Of a stretch of 64,000 bases of DNA, positions 8,742 to 16,723 are shown piece after piece. A program made the translations under genes and the position numbers. The notes below the pieces were generated by a model. The model did no database searches and had not been told where the DNA came from. It worked only from the letters and a program-made list of their open reading frames with translations. Origin of the DNA: Gemmatimonadota bacterium. GTDB taxonomy: Bacteria; Actinomycetota; Actinomycetes; Streptosporangiales; Streptosporangiaceae. The stretch covers positions 3,606-67,605 of the forward strand of contig JBLMWU010000214.1 in the NCBI GenBank assembly GCA_050257395.1, read 5' to 3'. Every line of letters begins with the position of its first letter. Within the stretch, counting starts at the first letter, position 1.

Positions 8742-9278
8742 ATGGCACCGCACTGCGATTCGATGGACGGCCCGGTCGTCACAGCTGCCCGGCAAGCCCT
8801 GGAGCGCCAGGACGTCAGCATCGTGCTCCCGTTCGTCAGGAAGGACGGCGAGGAGGAGGTAACCCGCGCGTTCGAGGCCGCCGGGAAGGCCCGCCGGCAG
8901 GGGGCTGACGCCCGGGAAGTCGCTGACCTCTACTTCTTCGAGACCGTGGTCCGCGTCCACCGGGCCGGGGAGGGCGCGCCCTATACCGGGCTGAAACCAG
9001 CCGGGCTGGCAGAAGGGCCCGTCATCCCGGCTGCCGAGCTGGGCATCGAGAGCGGCAGCCCGGACCAGCTCAAGGACCTGCTCGCCCGGCATGTCCGGGA
9101 CGAGATTCAGCGCCGGTTCGATCACGTGATGGCGCTGAAACCCGCGGCGGGCCAGGACGTGGAGCACGCACGCGAGTACGTCGAAGCCATGCTCGGGCTG
9201 GAGGTCTGGGCCAGCAGCCTCTATCAGGCGGTCCTGGCGCCCGCGCATGCAGGCCACGGCGGGCACCAGCACAGCTGA
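8742..9278 (+). CDS. Conserved hypothetical protein (N-terminal MAPHCDSMDGPVV, C-terminal His-rich tail HAGHGGHQHS)
   Basis: 178-aa ORF with good protein composition. Possible metal-binding tail. Family not recognised. Confidence 0.5.
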   Translation: MAPHCDSMDGPVVTAARQALERQDVSIVLPFVRKDGEEEVTRAFEAAGKARRQGADAREVADLYFFETVVRVHRAGEGAPYTGLKPAGLAEGPVIPAAELGIESGSPDQLKDLLARHVRDEIQRRFDHVMALKPAAGQDVEHAREYVEAMLGLEVWASSLYQAVLAPAHAGHGGHQHS

Positions 9279-9324
9279 CTGCCCTTCCGCGCGTGGCTGG
9301 CGGCACGGCGCGGCGGCGGATTCC

Positions 9325-10137
9325 CTACGAGTCCCAGCGGCCGGCCAATTCGGCGGTGAGGGCGGGCCAGACCACCGGGTCGTGGCCTGGCACCAGCCGG
9401 TAGCCGCCGGCTGCGGCGAGCTGCTTGAGCTTGCGGATCTGCGCCACGCTCACCTCCGGCGGGGCATCGACCCGGCCGCCGACCGCCACCTCGCGCTCGA
9501 TGTTCTCGGTGAGGTCGGCGGCGTCGAAGGCGAACACGAAGCCGCCGCCGCCCACCGACTCGTCCAGCGACACCACGAAGCTCTGATGCCCGGGCGTGTG
9601 GCCGGCGGTGAGCACGGCGGTCACCCCTGGCGCGATCCCGGTGTCCCCGTCCGCGATGCGCCAGTCGATCCGGGGGTCGTCGAAGTCGACCCGGAAGATC
9701 CCGTCGCGCTCCGGCGCGGGCGGGGCGGACATGCCGAAGTCCAGCTCGGCCCGCTGGATGTGCACCGGCACCCGGCCGGCGAAATGCTTGAGCCCGCCCG
9801 CGTGGTCGTTGTGCAGGTGGCTGACGGCGACCGCGCGGACGTCCGCCAGCGCGATCCCGGCCTCTGCCAGCGCCTCCTCCAGCGGCTCCCCCGGGCCGGG
9901 CAGCACCGGCTGGATCAGCGGGTCGCCGTGGAAACGCGCCCGCAGCGCGGGGTCGCGGATGAGCGCGGTGTTGAACCCGGTGTCCAGCAGCACCCAGCCG
10001 CCGTCGCACTGCAGCAGCACCCCGGGCACCGGCTCGCGCAGCATCTCGGTGCCGGACGCGCCCTCTACCGACACGGACTTCGGGAGGTCCTCCCAGCCCA
10101 GCGTGAGCAGCACGATCCGGCGCACCCCGGTTCCCAT
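9325..10137 (-). CDS. MBL-fold metallo-hydrolase, AiiA-like N-acyl homoserine lactonase family
   Basis: The HLHNDHAGG motif (HxHxDH) plus downstream His/Asp residues (TAGHTPGH, VPGHD) are present. Confidence 0.8.
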   Translation of the reverse strand: MGTGVRRIVLLTLGWEDLPKSVSVEGASGTEMLREPVPGVLLQCDGGWVLLDTGFNTALIRDPALRARFHGDPLIQPVLPGPGEPLEEALAEAGIALADVRAVAVSHLHNDHAGGLKHFAGRVPVHIQRAELDFGMSAPPAPERDGIFRVDFDDPRIDWRIADGDTGIAPGVTAVLTAGHTPGHQSFVVSLDESVGGGGFVFAFDAADLTENIEREVAVGGRVDAPPEVSVAQIRKLKQLAAAGGYRLVPGHDPVVWPALTAELAGRWDS

Positions 10138-10255
10138 GACCCGCCTCCTTCGCGGCCGGCCGCCCCGCCCGGTGCGGGACGGCCGGCGCTGCGCTCCGGT
10201 CTCCAGCGGACCTTAGCGCCTGCCGGAGGGCGCGCAGGGGCTGCGGGAGCCCGGG

Positions 10256-11083
10256 TCAGTTGCTGCTGAGCCAGGTGACGCTGAACTTCCCCCCGCCGCT
10301 CAGGCCGGACACGCTGTCCTTGGCCTGGCCGCTGCTGTTGGTCATGACAATCTTCGTCGGGTGGTAGTGACCGATGTAGTTGCCGTCCACCTTCGCACTG
10401 GTGAAGTGCACCGTCCCGAAGTCGGCCAGCGGGAGCACGCCCAGGGTCGAGGACGGCGCCTCGGCGATCACCTCGGCGGAGGCGTTGCTCGCCCCGGTCA
10501 GGGTGGCCTGGATCGCGTGCCGCCAGCCGCGGGTGGTGTCCGCCAGCACCAGCGTGTAGTGACCGCTGCCGTGGTAGGCGACCGACGCGCTGAAGTGGTC
10601 ACCGGGGCGCACCTTGTTGCTGAAGTTCACCGGGTACGACGGGTACATCTCATACCAGGAGTAGTACTGGGCGCTGCCGCCGGAGCAGTCCACCTCGCTG
10701 CCGGTCTGCTCGACCGTGCTGCTGCCGTAGCCGTCCAGCCCCACCCAGAAACTGGAGTACTCGCTGCCGGTGCTGCCCGAGCACATGCCCTTCGGCTCCA
10801 CCCAGTTCGCCGACACCTTGGTGTAGTGACCCCCGGACGCGGCGTACCCGGACCAGTTGGTGGAACTGACGGCGTGCGCGAGCGGCGCGAAGCCGCTGCT
10901 GCCCGGCCTGATCAGGTGGGCGACCGGCCGGATCAGCCGCAGCAGCCCCGGTTGCCCGGAATGCCGCGCGCCGGGCGCGTGCGCCGCGGCGGGCACCGCG
11001 GCCGCACCCGCGGCGCCGGCGGTGGCGATTAAGCCGGTCAGCAGGCTCACACCAGCGAGGGATAGGCACCATCTGCGTAGCAT
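10256..11083 (-). CDS. Secreted peptidase G1 (eqolisin / 'peptidase A4') family glutamic peptidase, paralog 1
   Basis: Signal peptide MLRRWCLSLAGVSLLTGLIATAGAAGA. NWSGY...FWVGLDGY...VEQTG holds the catalytic Gln and AEVIAEAP the catalytic Glu, matching the scytalidoglutamic peptidase fold. RBS GAGGAG 4 nt before the ATG at 11083. Confidence 0.75.
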   Translation of the reverse strand: MLRRWCLSLAGVSLLTGLIATAGAAGAAAVPAAAHAPGARHSGQPGLLRLIRPVAHLIRPGSSGFAPLAHAVSSTNWSGYAASGGHYTKVSANWVEPKGMCSGSTGSEYSSFWVGLDGYGSSTVEQTGSEVDCSGGSAQYYSWYEMYPSYPVNFSNKVRPGDHFSASVAYHGSGHYTLVLADTTRGWRHAIQATLTGASNASAEVIAEAPSSTLGVLPLADFGTVHFTSAKVDGNYIGHYHPTKIVMTNSSGQAKDSVSGLSGGGKFSVTWLSSN

Positions 11084-11268
11084 GCGGCTCCTCATCGGGA
11101 CGTGCTGATGACGGGCGACGCCGGCGGCGCCTCCCCCTTGCGCCGGGTGATACCTGCCGTCGTGCTGCTGCGTTAGGTCATCGCGGCAGCACGATAGGTG
11201 ATGACGATTATCGGGCATAGCCGGGCAGAGCCGTGGCAGATCTGAAAAGCCCGTCCCGGCCCGGCTCG

Positions 11269-12105
11269 TCAGGTACTGCGCAGCCAGGTGGCGCTGAAGT
11301 TCTGGCCGCCGCTCAGGGCCGACACGGTGTCCTTGGCCCGCCCGGCGCTGTCCACCATGGTGATCTCCGCCGGGCTGGCGTTGCCGATGGGCGACCCGTT
11401 CACCGTGGCAGCGGAGAAGTTCACGGTGCCGAAGTCGGTCAGCGGCAGCACGCCCCCGGAGGAGGAGGGAGCTTCCGCGATCACCTCGGCCGAGGAGTTG
11501 GCGGCCCCGTGCAGGGTCGCGCTGACGATGTGGCTCCAGCCCTGGGTGGCGTCGGTCAGCGTCAGCGTGTAGCTGCCGCCGCCGTTGTAGGTGACCGAGC
11601 CGGTGAAGTGGTCTCCCGGCCGCACCGGGTTGCTGAAGTTCACCGGGTAGGCCGGGTACATCTCATACCAGGAGTAGTACTGGGCCCTGCCACCGGAGCA
11701 GTCCACCTCGCTGCCGCTCTGCTCGACCGTGCTGCTGCTGTAGCCGTCCAGGCCGACCCAGAAGCTCGAATACTGGCTGCCGCTGGAGCAGGTGCCGGTG
11801 GGTTCCACCCAGCTGGCTGAGACCTTGGTGAACGTGCCGCCGGACGCCGCGTACCCGGACCAGTTCGTTGACGTGGCGTTCGTCAGCGGCCGGGCCGCGG
11901 CCGGCCGGGCGGCGCCCGGGGCGGCCGGCCCCACCTGCACGCCGGGGCGTATCAGCCGGGCGGCGGGCCGGACGAGGCCGGCCGTCCCTGGCCTGGCCGG
12001 CCGGGGCGCCGCCGCCGCGGCCGTGGCACAGGCCAGCGAGCTCGCGAGCAGGACAGCGCCGGTCCCCAGCTGAACGCACCTTCTCCATAACATCCGGGCT
12101 CCCAT
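11269..12105 (-). CDS. Secreted peptidase G1 family glutamic peptidase, paralog 2
   Basis: Same motifs (NWSGYAASGG, FWVGLDGY, VEQSG, AEVIAEAPSS) and a signal peptide. Confidence 0.75.
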   Translation of the reverse strand: MGARMLWRRCVQLGTGAVLLASSLACATAAAAAPRPARPGTAGLVRPAARLIRPGVQVGPAAPGAARPAAARPLTNATSTNWSGYAASGGTFTKVSASWVEPTGTCSSGSQYSSFWVGLDGYSSSTVEQSGSEVDCSGGRAQYYSWYEMYPAYPVNFSNPVRPGDHFTGSVTYNGGGSYTLTLTDATQGWSHIVSATLHGAANSSAEVIAEAPSSSGGVLPLTDFGTVNFSAATVNGSPIGNASPAEITMVDSAGRAKDTVSALSGGQNFSATWLRST

Positions 12106-12269
12106 GAGGATGGTCGGGGCGGCGCGGCGCTGCCGCCGCTATGGCCGCCATAAGCGAAGGGTCATCGAGACCGTACGATACGTAATATTAATTGCTAAAC
12201 AATGAACTGGTAAAGCTCTGGTAGATCCCTTAGCTCGCGGCCGTCCCGGAGGGCACGGCAGGCGCCGGG

Positions 12270-13133
12270 TCAGCCGCTGCGCAGCCAGGTAGCGGTGAAA
12301 TTCCGTCCCCGGCGCAGCGGGGACACCTTGTCCTTGGCCTGCCCCGTCTCGTTCACCATGATGATCCGGACCGGGCTGAGCCTGCCGACAGCCGTGCCGT
12401 CCGCCCGCGCGCCGCTGAACCGGGCGGTCCCGAAGTCCGCCAGCGGCAGCACCCCGAGGCCCGACGACGGCGCCTCCGCGATCACCTCGGCCGAGGAGTC
12501 CGCCGCACCGGTCAGCAGCGCGCTGACCGTGCGCCGCCAGCCGCGGCTGATGTCCGCCAGGATCAGCGTGTAGCGGCCGCGGCCCCGGGCGGTGACCGAC
12601 GCGGCGAAGCGGTCACCGGGCCGCACCCGGTTGCGGAAGTAGACCGGGAACGCGGGATACATCTCGTACCAGGCCTCGTAGTGGGCCCTGGTGCCGATGC
12701 AGTCCACCTCGGTTCCGGTCTGCTCGACCGTGCTGCTGCTGTAGCCGTCCAGGCCCACCCAGAAGCTCGAGTACTGGTCGCCGCCGGTGCAGGTGCCATG
12801 CGGCTCCACCCACCTGGCCGACACCCTGGTGAATCTGCGGCCCGCCGCCGCGTAGCCGGACCAGTTGGCGGAGCCCACCACCCGGGGCCGCGGCGGGCCG
12901 GCCGCGGCCCGGCTGGCCGGGCGGCCGCCCGGCGCGCGCGGCCCCCCGGGCTGGATCCCACCCACCTGGCCGCGCGGGGCCGGGCCGGGCCGGCCGGGCG
13001 GGGCCCCGGCCCGCGCCGCGGCAGGCGCGGCGGCCGCCGCGGGCACCAGCACACCCGCGATGAAGCCGGCCCCGGCCACCGGCAGGCAGCAGCGCCGGAC
13101 AGTCATCAGGAACCCACGCTCCGTAATCTTCAT
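12270..13133 (-). CDS. Secreted peptidase G1 family glutamic peptidase, paralog 3 (start may be the internal MTVRR)
   Basis: Same motifs (NWSGYAAAGR, FWVGLDGY, VEQTG, AEVIAEAPSS) and a signal peptide. Confidence 0.7.
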   Translation of the reverse strand: MKITERGFLMTVRRCCLPVAGAGFIAGVLVPAAAAAPAAARAGAPPGRPGPAPRGQVGGIQPGGPRAPGGRPASRAAAGPPRPRVVGSANWSGYAAAGRRFTRVSARWVEPHGTCTGGDQYSSFWVGLDGYSSSTVEQTGTEVDCIGTRAHYEAWYEMYPAFPVYFRNRVRPGDRFAASVTARGRGRYTLILADISRGWRRTVSALLTGAADSSAEVIAEAPSSGLGVLPLADFGTARFSGARADGTAVGRLSPVRIIMVNETGQAKDKVSPLRRGRNFTATWLRSG

Positions 13134-13170
13134 AGGCGATCGTCTGCCTCCCGGTTGACGGGGCGGAGGG

Positions 13171-13724
13171 TCAGCCGCTGGTGGCTTCCGGCGCGGGGCG
13201 CATCCATCCGGTCTCGCCCGGCTGCCGGGCGCTGGTGCCCTGCCCGGGGACAGCGTCCAGCGCGGTGCCTGCCACGATGGTGTCCGAGATGCTGCGGAGC
13301 AGGGACCGGACGGTCGCCGACGCCGCCCGGTGCAGCACCATCCGGTCGATGCCCGACCCCACGGCGGCCAGCGGCGGCCGGTAAGCGCCGGTGAAGGTCA
13401 GCCGGGTGCGGCCGTCGTCAGCCGGGGTCAGCATCAGGTTCGCGTCCAGCACGGGGAAGAGCCTGCCCATGACCCCGGTGGCCTCCCACCGCAGCGGCAG
13501 GACCATCGAGTCCTCCCGCGGGATCGGGTCCAGCAGGCGCACCCGCACCAGCTTGGAAGCGCCGATCACGTCGCCGAAGGGCCCGACCCGCGCCAGGCCG
13601 ACGAGCCCGTCCGCGTACGCCTGGCCCGAGGCATCCCGCAGCCAGCCGCCGTGAGCGAGCGCCGCCAGACCCGCCCGGGCAGCCGGAAAGCTGACCCGGA
13701 GCATGGTGTCATGGCTCACGAACA
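13171..13724 (-). CDS. Hypothetical protein
   Basis: Protein-like ORF. The 5' extension in the ORF track overlaps the ABC gene, so I trimmed to MFVSHDTM. Confidence 0.4.
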
Positions 13725-13813
13725 TGCAGCCAGTCAGCCACCTGCAAGTCCCGCCCGCCAGGGGACCAAGGTCCCGTACCGGACGGCAATGGTCTCCTGC
13801 CTCCTGGCTGCTG

Positions 13814-16450
13814 TCAGCCGTACTTGCGGCCAGGGCCCTGCCGGTGCAGCCGCCACCAGGCCACGATCGCGAACGCCACGCCGAGCGCCAGCAGCGCACA
13901 CATGTCCAGGGCCCAGGCATGGAGCGTGTGGTTCCACAGCGGGTCGGTGGGGTTGCCGGGCGCCGGGGGCGTCAGCTTGTTCAGGGTCGACGTGGACGCG
14001 GTGGCGGCGAATCCCCATCGCGACGGCGACAGCCAGGACACCTGTTCCAGCCCGGCCTTGCCCGCGATGCTGAACACGCCGCCGGTGAGGATCACCTCCA
14101 CCACCACCAGCACCATCAGCAGCGGCATCGTCTTCTCGGACGTGTTGACCGAGGCGGAGATGACCAGCCCGAGCGCCATCGACACGACCGCCAGCAGGCC
14201 GATCGCCAGGATCAGCTCGACCAGCGGCAGCGCCTTGACCACCGACCCGCTGTGCGGCATCTTGCGGCCGATCAGCCCGATCAGCACCATCACCCCGGCC
14301 TGCAGCCCGCTGATGAACCCGAGCACCGCCAGCTTGGAACCGAGGTAGGCGGCGGGCGACAGCCCGGCTGCCCGCTCCCGGCTGTAGATGGAGCGCTCCT
14401 TGACCAGTTCCCGGACCGAGTTGAAGGCACCGGCGAAGCACGCGCTGATGATCAGGATGAGCAGCAGCGACGTGGCGGCGGGGTTGGTGCCGGTCACCGC
14501 GGCCGCCGCGTGCGCGGCCGCGCTCGGGGCGGCGGATGCGTGGGCGCCGTGCGTGGCGGCCGCGTGCGCGGCGTGCGTGGCGGTGGCGTGCGCCCCGTGG
14601 CTGGCGGCCGCGTGCGCCCCATGAGTCGCCTTGCCCCCGTGCGCCGGGCTGGGTCCGGGGGACGGGCCGTGCCGTGCGCCGGCTGGCACCGGCCCGGGTG
14701 CCAGCCCGTTCTTATCGGGCAGGACGAGGATCACCCCGCCGAGCACGACCGGCGCGCCGGCCAGCAGGCCGAGGAACACCCGGTCGGACGAGATCACCGC
14801 CAGGTACCGCCGGCACAAGGTGCTGAACTGGGAGAGCTTGTTCTTGGACGACGGCGGCGGGGGCGGCGTGCCCCGCTGCGCCTGGCCTGCCGCCCGGCCT
14901 TCCATGGCCGCCGCGACGTACTGGGTGTACCAGCGTGACTGCCGGTACTCCGCCTGCCAGTCCCGGCTGGGCTCGTTGTCGAAGGCCTGGAAGACCTCGG
15001 CCCAGCCCGGCTTGTTGAAGTGCTTGAGGCCCTCGCTGGGCGGGCCGAAGTAGGCGATCTTCCCGCCGGGCACCAGCACCAGCAGCCGGTCACAGATGTC
15101 GAGGTTGGCGACGCTGTGGGTGACCACGATGACGGTGCGCCCGTCGTGGGCCAGGCCCGCCATCATCTCCATGACCGACTTGTCCAGGCCGGGGTCCAGG
15201 CCGGAGGTCGGCTCGTCGAGGAACAGCAGCGACGGCTTGGTCATCAGCTCCAGTGCCACGTTGACCCGCTTCTGCTGGCCGCCGGACAGCCGGTCGGTGC
15301 GGGTCTCGGCGTGCGCCTTCAGCGAGAGCTCCTCCAGCACCTCGTCCACCCGGTGGTAGCGCTCGGCCTTGCTGGTGTCCTTGGGGAAGCGGAGCTCGGC
15401 GGCGTAGCGCAGGGCGCGGCGGGCGGTCAGCTGGGTGTGCAGGATGTTCTCCTGCGGCACCAGGCCGATCCGGTGCCGCAGCTCGGCGTAGTGGGTGTAC
15501 AGGTCGCGGTTGTCGTACAGGACCGACCCGTCGGTGGCCGGCCGCATCCCGGTCAGCGCGCCCAGCAGGGTGGACTTGCCCGCGCCGCTGGGGCCGATGA
15601 TGCCCAGCAGGCAGCGCTCGCCCAGCGGGAAGCTCACGTGGTCCAGCAGCACCTTGCCGCTGGGCAGCCGCACCGACAGGTCCCTGGCCGCCAGGGACAC
15701 GTCGCCGGTGTCGATGAACTCCTGCAGCTCCTGGCCGACCAGATGGAAGGTCGACGAGCCGACACCGACGATGTCGCCTTCGGACAGCGGCGCGGCGCTG
15801 ATGCGCTGGCCGTTGACGAACGTGCCGTTGTAGCTGTCCAGGTCGACGATCTGGTACATGCCGCCGAGGTTCCGCAGCTCCGCGTGGTGCCGCGAGACAC
15901 CGAGGTCGTTGACCACGATGTCGTTGTCCGGCGACCGGCCGATGCGCAGCACCTTGGCGGGCAGCGGGCGCACCACGCTGGGCTCACGCGGCGGCGCCAG
16001 CGACACCGAGGGCGGCCGGAGCGCACCGCCGGGCGGGGCGGCGGCGCCGTCCCCGCCCATCGGGCTCATGCCGCCGGCCGGGCTCACCGCGATCTGCGTC
16101 GGCGGCCGGGCCGGCTTCCCGGCCCCGGTGACAGTGCAGGTCAGCACCGGCCCGTCAGCCGGATGGCCCAGCCGGACCAGGCACTCCCCGCTGATCTCCA
16201 TGCGGTTCACCCGCTGGGTGCCGGCGTAGGTGCCGTTGGTGCTGCCATTGTCGGTAAGGACCCACCGGCCGTCTTCGAGCCGGAGGAAGGCGTGCTGCCA
16301 CGACACCCGGGTGTCGTCCAGCACGATGTCAGCGTCCGGATCGCGGCCGATCACGTACGAAGGGCCAGCGGCCAGGCTTCGGTCAGATCCCTGGGAACGG
16401 ACCACCAGCGGTGGTGCGGACCCCCCCGAAAGGGACTTCTCGGTCTCCAC
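13814..16450 (-). CDS. FHA-FHA-ABC transporter (two N-terminal forkhead-associated domains, ABC ATPase, C-terminal ABC-2 permease); Rv1747-like architecture
   Basis: FHA 1 is YVIGRDPDADIVLDDTRVSWQHAFL...NGSTNGTY. FHA 2 is LRIGRSPDNDIVVNDLGVSRHHAEL...SYNGTFVNG. Walker A GPSGAGKST and signature LSGGQQKR are present. Six C-terminal TM helices follow a His/Ala-repeat linker. Confidence 0.85.
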   Translation of the reverse strand: METEKSLSGGSAPPLVVRSQGSDRSLAAGPSYVIGRDPDADIVLDDTRVSWQHAFLRLEDGRWVLTDNGSTNGTYAGTQRVNRMEISGECLVRLGHPADGPVLTCTVTGAGKPARPPTQIAVSPAGGMSPMGGDGAAAPPGGALRPPSVSLAPPREPSVVRPLPAKVLRIGRSPDNDIVVNDLGVSRHHAELRNLGGMYQIVDLDSYNGTFVNGQRISAAPLSEGDIVGVGSSTFHLVGQELQEFIDTGDVSLAARDLSVRLPSGKVLLDHVSFPLGERCLLGIIGPSGAGKSTLLGALTGMRPATDGSVLYDNRDLYTHYAELRHRIGLVPQENILHTQLTARRALRYAAELRFPKDTSKAERYHRVDEVLEELSLKAHAETRTDRLSGGQQKRVNVALELMTKPSLLFLDEPTSGLDPGLDKSVMEMMAGLAHDGRTVIVVTHSVANLDICDRLLVLVPGGKIAYFGPPSEGLKHFNKPGWAEVFQAFDNEPSRDWQAEYRQSRWYTQYVAAAMEGRAAGQAQRGTPPPPPSSKNKLSQFSTLCRRYLAVISSDRVFLGLLAGAPVVLGGVILVLPDKNGLAPGPVPAGARHGPSPGPSPAHGGKATHGAHAAASHGAHATATHAAHAAATHGAHASAAPSAAAHAAAAVTGTNPAATSLLLILIISACFAGAFNSVRELVKERSIYSRERAAGLSPAAYLGSKLAVLGFISGLQAGVMVLIGLIGRKMPHSGSVVKALPLVELILAIGLLAVVSMALGLVISASVNTSEKTMPLLMVLVVVEVILTGGVFSIAGKAGLEQVSWLSPSRWGFAATASTSTLNKLTPPAPGNPTDPLWNHTLHAWALDMCALLALGVAFAIVAWWRLHRQGPGRKYG

Positions 16451-16723
16451 GCGCCAACTGTAGAGGGATTCAAGTCAAAGTAAAATGGATTGGGCCGCAT
16501 CAGCCCGCCGCTGTCCAGCGGTGTCTCCGCCCCGGCCGGCAGCGCGGCCGGAAATCCGCCCCCGCCGCGCCTGGCAGCAGGCCTGCCTCGCCCCCATACT
16601 GGTATGGTCCCGGGCAATCCGGCTCGCTCACGGCGCGCTGCCCGGACCCCGCTGCGCCTCTTGTGCCGGCCCGGGTCACGGCAGCGCTGGCGCCGGGGAA
16701 GGGGCTGAGCACGGGGAGGCGCA

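Noticed and set aside
8661-9272. Minus-strand 203-aa ORF
   Set aside because: It overlaps the better-supported plus-strand ORF 8742-9278 entirely and has no motifs.
13725-13920. 5' extension of ORF 13171-13920
   Set aside because: The extension overlaps the 3' end of the FHA-ABC gene by about 100 nt; I trimmed it to the internal Met.
16451-16723. Possible small ORFs/ncRNA between the ABC and kinase genes
   Set aside because: There are only short Arg-rich ORFs. It is most simply a divergent promoter/5' UTR region, with an AT-rich patch near 16465-16500.
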